NCBI GenBank assembly: GCA_965223855.1
Contig: CBDCXM010000009.1
Span: forward strand, 480,001-544,000
Reading direction: 5' to 3'
Origin: Candidatus Multivoradales bacterium
Lineage (GTDB): Bacteria; Acidobacteriota; Thermoanaerobaculia; Multivoradales; JAHEKO01
DNA length: 64,000 nt
The translations under genes and the position numbers were made by a program. Positions 21,939 to 30,748 of this stretch are shown here, one piece after another; position 1 is the first letter of the stretch, and every line of letters starts with the position of its first letter. A model generated the notes under the pieces. That model ran no database searches. It worked only from the letters and a program-made list of their open reading frames with translations, and was not told the origin of the DNA.

Positions 21939-22622
21939 GTGAGCCGGCCCGTCAACAGCTATTTCGACCACGATCTCGTCGCTCGCGAGTCCGAGCTCGG
22001 CCATCACCGCGAGGTGATCGGCGGGATGTGGGAGGAACTGGGGAGGCTTCAGCGCGACTGGCTGGTGGCGCAGGGCCTCGAGCCCGGGATGCGTCTCGTC
22101 GACATCGGCTGCGGTTGTCTGCGGGCCGGTGTGTGGCTCGTCGACGAGCTCGAGCCGGGGCACTACTACGGCCTCGACGTCAGCCAGGCGCTGCTCGACG
22201 CCGGGTGGGAGCGCGAGCTCGACGACCATCAGCGGGCGCGGTTGCCGCGCGAGAACCTCGTCTGCTCCGACGATTTCGATCTCGGCGCCCTCGAGGTGCG
22301 CTTCGACGCCGGCATCGCGCAGTCGGTCTTCACCCACCTGCCGGTGAGCTACCTGCGGCGCTGTCTCGAGCAGCTCGTCCCGCGCTTCGTGTCGGGGGGG
22401 CGGTTCTTCGTCACTTTCTTCGAGTGCCCCGAGGGGCATCCCCGCGAGGCGCCGCTGACGCACGAACCGGGCGGCATCGTCACCCGACCGGACGCCGACC
22501 CGTTCCATCACCGCTTCTCAGACCTCGAGCAGGCCGCCGAAGGGCTGCCGTGGAGGGCCGAGCACCACGGCGACTGGCGCCATCCGCGTGCGCAGCGGAT
22601 GGCGATCTTCCACCGCCTCTAG
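21939..22622 (+). CDS. Class I SAM-dependent methyltransferase
   Basis: LVDIGCGCLR motif I, AQSVFTHL; start uncertain (GTG 21939 vs 21819). Confidence 0.85.
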   Translation: MSRPVNSYFDHDLVARESELGHHREVIGGMWEELGRLQRDWLVAQGLEPGMRLVDIGCGCLRAGVWLVDELEPGHYYGLDVSQALLDAGWERELDDHQRARLPRENLVCSDDFDLGALEVRFDAGIAQSVFTHLPVSYLRRCLEQLVPRFVSGGRFFVTFFECPEGHPREAPLTHEPGGIVTRPDADPFHHRFSDLEQAAEGLPWRAEHHGDWRHPRAQRMAIFHRL

Positions 22623-22645
22623 CCTGCTCTGCCCGGACGGCCTGC

Positions 22646-24004
22646 TTATCCGGACGGCGCCGCCGCCGTCTCGATCTCGAGCACCGGCTTGGCGGCGCCA
22701 CGGTCGTCGCGGTAGACCCGGCCGCGCTTCATCACGAACTCGACGCTCATCAGCTCGTCGATGTCGTCGAGCGGCGAAGCGGCGGTCGCGACGAGGTCGG
22801 CGCGCATCCCGGGAGCGAGCGTCCCGGTATCGGGCGCCTCGAGCACCTCGGCGGCGACCACCGTCGCCGTCCGGATCGCCTCCATCGGCGTCAGGCCCGC
22901 CTCGACCAGCAGCGCGAACTCCCGGGCGTTGTCGCCGTGGCGGCTCACCCCCGAATCGGTGCCGAAGGCGATCGGCACGCCGGCGGCGTGCGCCGCGCGC
23001 ACCATCTCGATCATCTGCGGGCCGACCGAGAGCGCCTTCTCGCGAATCGGGGGCGGCATGAACTCGGCGTTCTTCGCCATGTCGACCACCGTGACTCCGG
23101 CGAGGATCGTCGGCACGAGATAGGCCCCCTTCTCCTTGTAGAGCGCGAACGACGTCTCGTCGCCGTAGGTGCCGTGCTCGATCGTCCTGACGCCCGCCTC
23201 GAGAGCGGCGTTGATGCCGTCGGTACCGTGCGCGTGAGCGGCGACATGGCGACCCATCATCGCCGCCGTCCGGACGATCGCCTCCATCTCGTCGGCGAAG
23301 AGTTGCTGGTTGACCCCGGCCGCGGTCTCGCTCAGCACTCCGCCCGTGGCGGTGATCTTGATCCAGTCGGACCCGCGCTTGATCTGCGTGCGCACCGCCC
23401 GGCGGCAGTCTTCGACGCCATTACAGATGGAGCTCGAGGCTCGAGCTTCGAGGACCTCCTCGACATAGCCATGGTTGTCGGCATGCCCGCCGGTGCCGGA
23501 GACCCCGGCACCGGCGGCGTAGATTCGCGGACCCGGCAAGCGCTCGGCGGCGATCGCCCGCCGCAGACCGAACATCACTTCCGGGTTGCCGCCGACATTG
23601 CGGATCGTCGTGAAGCCGGCGCGCAGCGTCGTCTCCAGGAACTCGATCGTGTCCACCGCGACGTCGACGTCGGTCTTGGTCACCGCATCGAGCTTGCGCG
23701 TCGGGCCGAGCTCGCCGTTGACGTGGGTGTGGAGATCGATCAGGCCCGGCAGCACGAACGCCCCGGAGAGATCGACCACCTCGACCGTCGTCCCATCGCC
23801 GGCGAACTCGCGCGGATCGGCGAAGCCGTCCCGCACTTCGGCGACGACGCCTCCGCGCACGACGACGGTCTGCTCGCTGCGCGGCGCCTCGCCGGGCACG
23901 GCGAGGAGGGTGCCGGCGTGAATCACCGTCACCGTCTCGGCGACGGCCGAGAGGGGGTACAGGGCACAGACAAGAGCGAGGACGGGCAGCAGATGGCGTC
24001 GCAT
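22646..24004 (-). CDS. Secreted metal-dependent amidohydrolase (Xaa-Pro dipeptidase-like)
   Basis: PGLIDLHTH, WIKITATGG, AHAHG, IEHG, FGTDSG; ATG 24004 with AGGAGG RBS. Confidence 0.92.
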   Translation of the reverse strand: MRRHLLPVLALVCALYPLSAVAETVTVIHAGTLLAVPGEAPRSEQTVVVRGGVVAEVRDGFADPREFAGDGTTVEVVDLSGAFVLPGLIDLHTHVNGELGPTRKLDAVTKTDVDVAVDTIEFLETTLRAGFTTIRNVGGNPEVMFGLRRAIAAERLPGPRIYAAGAGVSGTGGHADNHGYVEEVLEARASSSICNGVEDCRRAVRTQIKRGSDWIKITATGGVLSETAAGVNQQLFADEMEAIVRTAAMMGRHVAAHAHGTDGINAALEAGVRTIEHGTYGDETSFALYKEKGAYLVPTILAGVTVVDMAKNAEFMPPPIREKALSVGPQMIEMVRAAHAAGVPIAFGTDSGVSRHGDNAREFALLVEAGLTPMEAIRTATVVAAEVLEAPDTGTLAPGMRADLVATAASPLDDIDELMSVEFVMKRGRVYRDDRGAAKPVLEIETAAAPSG

Positions 24005-24036
24005 GGGTCTCCTCCTGGTTCTTCCGAGCGAACGTT

Positions 24037-24810
24037 TCAGGCGGCTTCGCGGGTGAACACCAGCCGGTCGGGCTCGGAGAGGTCCTCCCGGTAGCCGTAC
24101 CCCTCGACGTCGAACGCCTTCAGGTCCTCGGGGTCTTCGATCCGGTTCTCGATCTGGAAGCGGGCCATCAGGCCACGCGCCCGCTTCGCCTTGAAGCTGA
24201 TCGTCTTCGGCCGGCCGTCGCGGATCTCCTGGAAGACCGCCGTCACCAACCGCGGCACGAGCCGCTTCTTCGGCACCGCGCGGAAGTACTCGTTCGAGGC
24301 GAGGTTGAGCACCGCCTGGACCGGCCGCGCCTCGTGCTCGGCATTGAGGCTGTCGACCAGCCGGTTCTTCCAGAACTCGTAGAGGTTGCTGCCTCGCGTG
24401 TTGGCGAGGCGCGTCCCCATCTCGAGCCGGTAGGGCTGGATGAGGTCGAGCGGCCGGAGCACTCCGTAGAGCCCGGAGAGGATGCGCAGATGATCCTGCG
24501 CGTAGCGCAGTTGCGGCTTCGTCAGCTCCGCCGCCGCGAGCCCTTTGTAGACGTCGCCCTGGAAGGCGAGCACGCACGCCTTGGCGTTGTCTTCGGTGAA
24601 CGGCCAGCGCATCTCCTGGAAGCGCTCGCGGTTGAGCTCGGCGAGCGGTTCGCTCAGATCCATCAGCTCGCGCAGCTTCTTCACACTGAGCTTCCTGCAG
24701 CGCTTCATCAGCATCTCGATGTCGTGGCCGAACCGCGGTTCGGTGGTCGGAATCCCCTTGCGGGGCGGCTCGAAATCGAGCGACTTGGCGGGCGAAAGCA
24801 ACGTCAGCAC
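24037..24810 (-). CDS. yaaA: Peroxide stress protein YaaA (UPF0246)
   Basis: LSPAKSLDF, SGLYGVLRPLDLIQPYRLEMG, NLASNEY, KRARG. Confidence 0.95.
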   Translation of the reverse strand: MLTLLSPAKSLDFEPPRKGIPTTEPRFGHDIEMLMKRCRKLSVKKLRELMDLSEPLAELNRERFQEMRWPFTEDNAKACVLAFQGDVYKGLAAAELTKPQLRYAQDHLRILSGLYGVLRPLDLIQPYRLEMGTRLANTRGSNLYEFWKNRLVDSLNAEHEARPVQAVLNLASNEYFRAVPKKRLVPRLVTAVFQEIRDGRPKTISFKAKRARGLMARFQIENRIEDPEDLKAFDVEGYGYREDLSEPDRLVFTREAA

Positions 24811-24894
24811 GGTGGTCCTCCCGGGTGTTGGTACCGGCGGAGGCGGCAGGCTACCAGAGGGCTACGGCGGTCGAGGTGGCGATAGAATCGCACC

Positions 24895-25740
24895 ATGAAA
24901 CTCTCCGCGCGCTCCTGTGTTCTCGTCGTCCTGTGCTGCTGTCTGATCCCTCTGGTGAGCGCCGCGACCGCGGTCGCCAACCCGTGCGCCGGCTCGGGCG
25001 ACCGCGCCGCGGTCTGCACCGTCAACGTCTTCGGCGGCATCGACGGCGCGCGGCTCGAACCGATCGACATCGACCGCCCGATCACCCTCGGTATCGGCGA
25101 GACGCTGGAGCTCGAGTTCGAGGCCTACGACCAGTTCCGCCGCCGTTTCCCCGACGACCGTCTCGCGTGGGGCTACGACGCCGACGATTGCGACGACGCG
25201 GTGAAGGTCGACCAGGAGGACGTCGGCCGCTTCGAGATGAGGGCCGCCGCCCGGCGCGGCGACTGCCGGGTGGTGGTGTGGATTCCGGGAGACCTCAACT
25301 TCGAGTTCCCGCTCGTGCTGCGCGTCGAGGGGCGCGATGCGAGCGGCTACGGCGCGAGTGACGCCGAGTACGTGGCGACCCGCCTCTATCGCGGGCTGCT
25401 CGGCCGCGAGCCGGACCGCACCGGGCTCCTCGCCACCGCCGCCGAGATCACCAAGGGCAACCTCGAGTCGCAGATCCTGGCAATCATCCAGAGTCCCGAG
25501 TTCGGCAGCAAGACCGATCGTGGCGACGCGATCGCGATTCTGGAGCGTCTCTACCAGGGGTTCTTCGGCCGTGCGGTCGATGCCGCCGGAGTGGCGGCCT
25601 TCCAGACTCGGATTCAGGCCGGCAGGCTGCCCGACGTGGTGATGGAGTTGCTCAACTCCGAGGAGTTCGAAAGTGGGCTGGTCCGGCAGGGTGAGACCCC
25701 TCGCAGCGGCCGCGGGCGGCGCAATCGCGGCGATCGCTGA
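24895..25740 (+). CDS. Secreted hypothetical protein with DUF4214-like repeats
   Basis: Signal peptide; two LY-x-G-x-x-GR-x-x-D...S-x-EF repeats; TAGAAT 6 nt before ATG (possibly leaderless). Confidence 0.7.
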   Translation: MKLSARSCVLVVLCCCLIPLVSAATAVANPCAGSGDRAAVCTVNVFGGIDGARLEPIDIDRPITLGIGETLELEFEAYDQFRRRFPDDRLAWGYDADDCDDAVKVDQEDVGRFEMRAAARRGDCRVVVWIPGDLNFEFPLVLRVEGRDASGYGASDAEYVATRLYRGLLGREPDRTGLLATAAEITKGNLESQILAIIQSPEFGSKTDRGDAIAILERLYQGFFGRAVDAAGVAAFQTRIQAGRLPDVVMELLNSEEFESGLVRQGETPRSGRGRRNRGDR

Positions 25741-25757
25741 TCGGTCGGGAGGCCCGG

Positions 25758-28700
25758 ATGTCGAGAGGCCCGGGTGTCCAGAGGCCCCAGGGTGACGGCA
25801 GCCGGACGATGACGACCCGCCCAGTCCGGACCTCCCTGCTTGCCCTCGCCGCGGGCGTCGGGTGGCTCGCCTGCGCGGCACCGGTGCCGGATGGCGCCGT
25901 GGTCGAGCGGGTCGAACCCTGGGGACTCGCCGAAGAAGCCGGCATCGAGGCAGGAGACGTCATCGTCGGCTGGCGCACGGCCTCCGGCAGCGGCGACGCA
26001 CCCAGCTGGGCGGAGCTTCTGGCGCTCGAAGCGGATCGCGCCCCCGACGGCGGTGTCGTCCTCGTCGTCGCCCGCGACTCCGGCAGCTTCGAGGTCGAAC
26101 TGGCCGACGCTCACTGGGGCCTCGAAGTCCGGCCGCACCTCGCCGACGCCGGCCTCGAGGCCTTGGCCGCGGCGGCGGAGCGGCCCGACCGGGAGCGGCC
26201 GCCTCTTTTCGAGGAACTCGAGGCGGCGGTCGCGTCCGCGGCGCCTGACGTCCGCCGCTGGGCGGCCCACCGATCGGCCGTCGCGGCGCTCGCCGCCGGG
26301 GAGCCCGAGGCAGCGCTCGAGGCGTTCCGCAGAGCACGGGAAGGTCTCACCGACCCCGCTCGACTCGCGCCGCTCCTCGTCGATGCGGCGCTGCGCCTGC
26401 GCTGGGCCGGCGAAGAGAGCGCCGAGGGCTACTTCGAGGAGGCGGAGGCGACGGTCCGCGCCGCCGGGCGATCGACACCGTCGCTGGTCCGCGCCCTGAT
26501 CGGCAGGGCTTCGTCGCGGATCGACGCCCGCGAGCTCGACGCGAGCGGCGAACTGCTCGAAGCGGCGCGCGAGGAGGCCGCCCGGTTCGCCGCATCGGAC
26601 TCCCTGCGGGCCGAGCTCGCAGCCGCTCTCGGCGTCCAGGCCCACGTCCAGGGTCGCCTCGAGGTCGCAGAGGACCGCTACCAGGAGACGCTCGCCGCGA
26701 TTCCGCGGCGGGGTGGAGCGCTCGCCGTCCGGTCGCTGATCAACCTCGGCATGCTGCACGGTTCACAGGGACGCTTCGAGGCCTCGGAGCTCGACTTCCT
26801 CGAGGCGCTGGAGCTGCTGCGCACGAGCCCGTCGGAGACCTATCAGACGGCCCGCATCCTCAACTCGCTCGGGGTCCTCAACCGCAATCTGCTGCGGCTC
26901 GATCGGGCCGAGGGCTACTACGCTTCGGCGCTCGAGGCTTTCCCCGCAGGCGGCGTCGAAGAGGCGGGCGTGCGCAACAATCTCGGCAACCTCGCAAAGG
27001 TACGGGGTGCCCTCGACCTCGCGACCGAGCATCTCACCGCCGCCCTGGAGCTGCGGCTCGCGCTCGACCCGGAGTCGCTCGACGTCGCGTCGAACTACCA
27101 CAACCTCGGCGAGGTCCATCGCGCCGCCGGGCGTCTGGAAGAGGCCGAGCGCCGGCTCGTCGAGGCGTTGAAGCTCAAGGAGCGGCTGCTGCCGGAGAGC
27201 CTCGTGCTGTCGTCCACCCTGGTCGTGCTCGGCCAGACGCGCCTCGCGCTCGGCCGACCGGCGGCCGCCGAGGCCGATCTCGAACGGGCGCTGGCCCTCG
27301 TAGAGACCTCCAATCCCGGCAGTCTCGACCATGGACGGGCGATCCTCCTGCTCGGCGACGTCGCCGCCGCCTCCGGCCAGCCCCGGCTTGCGATCGAGCG
27401 CTGGCGCTCCGGGCTCGACGTCCTCGGCGCACTGCGCGAGAACATCTCGACCGAGGAGGGACGCGCCCGGTTTTCCGCCGCCTATGCCGACTACTATGAC
27501 CGGCTCTCGGCGGCGCTCCTGGAACGCGGCGCGACGCACGAGGCGTTCCTCGTGCTCGAGACCTCGCGCGCACGACTGCTGCGCGCCATGCTGCAGCAGG
27601 TCGGTGCCCGCATCGCCGTCGCCGCAGCGCCGGACATCCTCGCCGAACGCCGCAGGCAGGACTCGCGCATCCGCAGGACCCTGGGCCGGGTTCACCGCCT
27701 CAACGCGGCGACCGAGGGCGAGCGCCTGCGCGAGCTCCGGGCCGAGCTCAAGGCGCTCAAAGCACGACGCGAAGAACTCAACGAGAGGCTCTACCGCGAG
27801 GCGCGGCGGCTCGCCGAGATCGAAGAGCCGTCGCGGGTCTCTCTCGAGCGGATCCGGGCGCACCTGCCGGAGCGATCGGCCGGGCTGCTCTACTTTCTCG
27901 GCGAAGAGCGCTCCCACGTCTTCGTCGTCCGGCCGGCGGACGCGACGGGAGCCGGTCTGGACGCGATCGAGCTGCCGGTGACGGCGACCGAGGCGTCTCG
28001 GCGCATCGGCATCTTCCGCAGCCTGATCGAGCGCGGCCGTCATGCACCGCTCGAGCCGGCACTCCTCGCGCAGGGGGCACGGCTCTACGACGACCTGCTC
28101 CGCCCGGTCGACGAGTTCCTGCCGCCGGGGACCGCGCTGGTGATCGCGCCCGACGCGGCGCTCGCCGAGCTTCCCTTCGCGGCGCTCGTCGTCGATCGGG
28201 ACACGCCGCAGTTCCTCGCCGAGCTGCGGCCTCACACCGTCGTCCCCTCGCTGACCGCGCTCGCCGAGCTCGGCGAGCGGCTCGTCGAACGGACGCCCCC
28301 CGAGCTGGCACTCGCCGCCTTCGGAGCCCCGCGCTTCGACTCCGGCTGGGAGGGGTCGCTCGACCTGCGCCCGCTCCCCGGCGCCGGGATCGAGATCGAG
28401 CGTCTCGACGCTCTGTTCGACGACTCGGTCGCCCTGAGCGGCAACCAGGCGACCGAGACCGCGGCGCGCGAGCTGCTGCCGCGCGCCCGCTTCGTCCATT
28501 TCGCCACCCATGCGCTTCTCGACCGACGCTTCCCTCTCGACTCGAGCCTCGCGCTGACCGCCTCTGCGGAGGAGGGCGCCGACGACGGCCTGCTCCACGG
28601 CTGGGAGGTGCTCGAGAGCCCCGAGCTCTCCGCCGAGCTGGTGTCACTCGCCGGTTGCGAGACCGGCCTCGGCGCGCGCTGGAAGGGAGAGGGTTTGGTC

Positions 28701-28997
28701 GGGCTGACCCAGGCGTTCCACTACGCCGGGGCTCCGAACGTGCTCGCCTCGCAGTGGAACGTCGGCGACGCCTGGGCCGGCGAAATGACGGCGCGCTTCT
28801 ACGAGCTGCTGCTCGAGGACCTCCCGCCGATCGAGGCGCTCGCTCGCGTCCAGGCGGAGATGATCGGCGCGCAGAGTTCCGAGGACGCCGAAGTGAAGCG
28901 CCACCCTTTCTACTGGGCTTCCTTCACCCTCTTCGGCACGGGCCGGACGGCACCGGTCGGAACGGCACCGGTCGGAACGGCCCGGATCAGCGGGTGA
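25758..28997 (+). CDS. TPR + CHAT (caspase/HetF) domain protein with N-terminal PDZ-like segment
   Basis: Lipobox-like WLAC; AEEAGIEAGDVIV; TPR repeats (NNLG, HNLG); HFATH and LAGCETG dyad; HPFYWASF. Confidence 0.9.
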   Translation: MSRGPGVQRPQGDGSRTMTTRPVRTSLLALAAGVGWLACAAPVPDGAVVERVEPWGLAEEAGIEAGDVIVGWRTASGSGDAPSWAELLALEADRAPDGGVVLVVARDSGSFEVELADAHWGLEVRPHLADAGLEALAAAAERPDRERPPLFEELEAAVASAAPDVRRWAAHRSAVAALAAGEPEAALEAFRRAREGLTDPARLAPLLVDAALRLRWAGEESAEGYFEEAEATVRAAGRSTPSLVRALIGRASSRIDARELDASGELLEAAREEAARFAASDSLRAELAAALGVQAHVQGRLEVAEDRYQETLAAIPRRGGALAVRSLINLGMLHGSQGRFEASELDFLEALELLRTSPSETYQTARILNSLGVLNRNLLRLDRAEGYYASALEAFPAGGVEEAGVRNNLGNLAKVRGALDLATEHLTAALELRLALDPESLDVASNYHNLGEVHRAAGRLEEAERRLVEALKLKERLLPESLVLSSTLVVLGQTRLALGRPAAAEADLERALALVETSNPGSLDHGRAILLLGDVAAASGQPRLAIERWRSGLDVLGALRENISTEEGRARFSAAYADYYDRLSAALLERGATHEAFLVLETSRARLLRAMLQQVGARIAVAAAPDILAERRRQDSRIRRTLGRVHRLNAATEGERLRELRAELKALKARREELNERLYREARRLAEIEEPSRVSLERIRAHLPERSAGLLYFLGEERSHVFVVRPADATGAGLDAIELPVTATEASRRIGIFRSLIERGRHAPLEPALLAQGARLYDDLLRPVDEFLPPGTALVIAPDAALAELPFAALVVDRDTPQFLAELRPHTVVPSLTALAELGERLVERTPPELALAAFGAPRFDSGWEGSLDLRPLPGAGIEIERLDALFDDSVALSGNQATETAARELLPRARFVHFATHALLDRRFPLDSSLALTASAEEGADDGLLHGWEVLESPELSAELVSLAGCETGLGARWKGEGLVGLTQAFHYAGAPNVLASQWNVGDAWAGEMTARFYELLLEDLPPIEALARVQAEMIGAQSSEDAEVKRHPFYWASFTLFGTGRTAPVGTAPVGTARISG
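28947..28981 (+). repeat. 15-bp tandem repeat (ACGGCACCGGTCGGA x2.3) at the 3' end of the CHAT gene
   Basis: Read directly; encodes TAPVG-TAPVG. Confidence 0.85.
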
Positions 28998-29631
28998 TCT
29001 CGAACCGCGCCAGCGGCGAGGCGGCCTCAACGGCGACGACCCGCCAGAAGTAGACGCCGGGCTCGCGCACGACTTCCGGCGGCCAGGGCAAGGTCGCGCC
29101 GGCGACCGCCCCGCTCGTCCACAACGGCTCGCCCTCGGCGTCGAGCAGCTCGACCCGCACCGCCGTCTGCCCGGAGGGAGCGGACCATTCGAAGCGCTCG
29201 AAAGCGCCCCGGGCGCCGTCCGCAGGGCTGAGGAGCTCGGGCGCCAGATCGATGCCGGCGCGATCGACCTCCGCAGACTCCCGGGTACCGCTCGCTATGG
29301 AGCCCCGCAACGTCGACCCGTCCCCCACCCACCAGGTGACGCCGACGGCGGCGAGCATCGCCGCCGCCAGGGCGAGCCAGGCCGGGCGCCAGGTCGATCT
29401 CGGCGCCGGCTCCGGAAGCTCGGAAAGATAGGGGTCGAAATCGCTGGCGGCGGAGCGGACCTCCTCGAGCGCGCTCCAGGTCGCGGCGCAGGAGTCGCAG
29501 CGCTCGACGTGTGCCAGAGCGGCACTGCGCTCCCGGCGAGACAGCTCACCGCAGGCGAGTTGCTCCCAGGTCTGGTGGTCGAGATGGGGGTCGGCCAGGT
29601 TTCGGTCGTCGAGATGCCTGTCGTCAGTCAT
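28987..29631 (-). CDS. Anti-sigma factor (zf-HC2, single TM, periplasmic domain)
   Basis: HVERCDSC zinc motif, TM helix, overlaps the 3' end of the ECF gene. Confidence 0.85.
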   Translation of the reverse strand: MTDDRHLDDRNLADPHLDHQTWEQLACGELSRRERSAALAHVERCDSCAATWSALEEVRSAASDFDPYLSELPEPAPRSTWRPAWLALAAAMLAAVGVTWWVGDGSTLRGSIASGTRESAEVDRAGIDLAPELLSPADGARGAFERFEWSAPSGQTAVRVELLDAEGEPLWTSGAVAGATLPWPPEVVREPGVYFWRVVAVEAASPLARFEITR

Positions 29632-30175
29632 TTCCGAACCCCCGGCCGCTCAGCTCCTGGCGCAGGTCGGCCATCCCGCGGGCGACGAGATTGCGCGCCC
29701 TGCCATAGCTCCAGCCGTGACGCTCCATGATCTCGCGAACACGATAGCCGACGAGATGGTCGCGCACCGCCTTGCGCCGGTCGGGGAGCAGGCCGCCCAG
29801 CACCACCTCGATCTGCCTGCGGATCTCGAGCGCCCTCAGCGCCCGCACCGGCGAAGGCCGCTCGTCGGCGCCGCCCTCCGGCTCCGTCATCGGTTGCTCC
29901 TCTCGCGCCCGCTGCCGGTCCATCAGCCGGACCGTCTCCCGCACCGCCGCCCGGTAGAGATAGGACGACGGCGATCGGATGTCGCGCTCGCGGCGCAACT
30001 GCTTCCACACCTCGAGCAGCACCGACTGCTCCACGTCGTCGGCCTCGATGCCGCATCTGCCGGCGCCGGCGCGTGCCACCGCAGCCCGGATCACCCGACC
30101 GTACTGGCGGACGAGCTCCTCGAACTGCCGGGTCGTCGCCTCCTCCGGAGACCGTCGAGACATCGGCTCCATCAT
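29624..30175 (-). CDS. ECF sigma-70 factor
   Basis: Region 2 (FEELVRQY, DDVEQ, SYLYR) and region 4 (GYRVREI...ARG). Confidence 0.88.
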   Translation of the reverse strand: MMEPMSRRSPEEATTRQFEELVRQYGRVIRAAVARAGAGRCGIEADDVEQSVLLEVWKQLRRERDIRSPSSYLYRAAVRETVRLMDRQRAREEQPMTEPEGGADERPSPVRALRALEIRRQIEVVLGGLLPDRRKAVRDHLVGYRVREIMERHGWSYGRARNLVARGMADLRQELSGRGFGND

Positions 30176-30223
30176 CGCATCGGCGGCGATGTCCCGGCCC
30201 GCGCCGGCAAGAGTAGCGACTCG

Positions 30224-30700
30224 CTACCTCCCGCCGCCCGCCGGCAGATAGTTGGTCACCACCGGCACCGCGAGGTTCGTCGCGCCGCCGAGGGTCTGAG
30301 CGATCTCGAGACCGGCAACTGCGCCGGCACTGCAGGCAAGCCGCAACCCTTCGTCGCCGACGAACTCGACCAGGGCGCGCACCTGAACGGCCGCTCCCGG
30401 CGGGCCCGACGCCCGGTAGACCATCGAACCGATGGCTCCCGGGTCGACGACGACCTCCTCGCTCGCGAGCACGCGTCCGTCGGCATCGGTCAGCGTCAGC
30501 AGCGCCGGGCAGACGCAGGGGTTGATACCGCCCACCCGATCGGTGGCGTTGACGAAGCTCACCCGTGCGAACTGACTGGTGGTCATGCCGATCGCCACCG
30601 AGCCGGGAGGCTCCGGCTGGGGGTTGAAGGCGTGAGCGGGCAGGGAGAGGGCGGCGAGCAGCAGCGCTGCCGCCAGACGGATGTTGCGCGGTCGACTCAT
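30224..30700 (-). CDS. Secreted hypothetical protein with N-terminal FNPQPEPP motif
   Basis: Signal peptide ending AHA; AGGAG RBS. Confidence 0.75.
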   Translation of the reverse strand: MSRPRNIRLAAALLLAALSLPAHAFNPQPEPPGSVAIGMTTSQFARVSFVNATDRVGGINPCVCPALLTLTDADGRVLASEEVVVDPGAIGSMVYRASGPPGAAVQVRALVEFVGDEGLRLACSAGAVAGLEIAQTLGGATNLAVPVVTNYLPAGGGR

Positions 30701-30748
30701 GACTTTCTCCTTGTGTCGGATGGTTGGAAGCTGCCCACCGGGTAGTGG

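Noticed and set aside
12606-24577. Extended ORF-track starts for MFP (14264), btuC (17936), btuF (19170) and amidohydrolase (24577)
   Set aside because: Extensions overlap neighbouring real genes; downstream starts with signal peptides, RBS or stop-start overlaps fit better.
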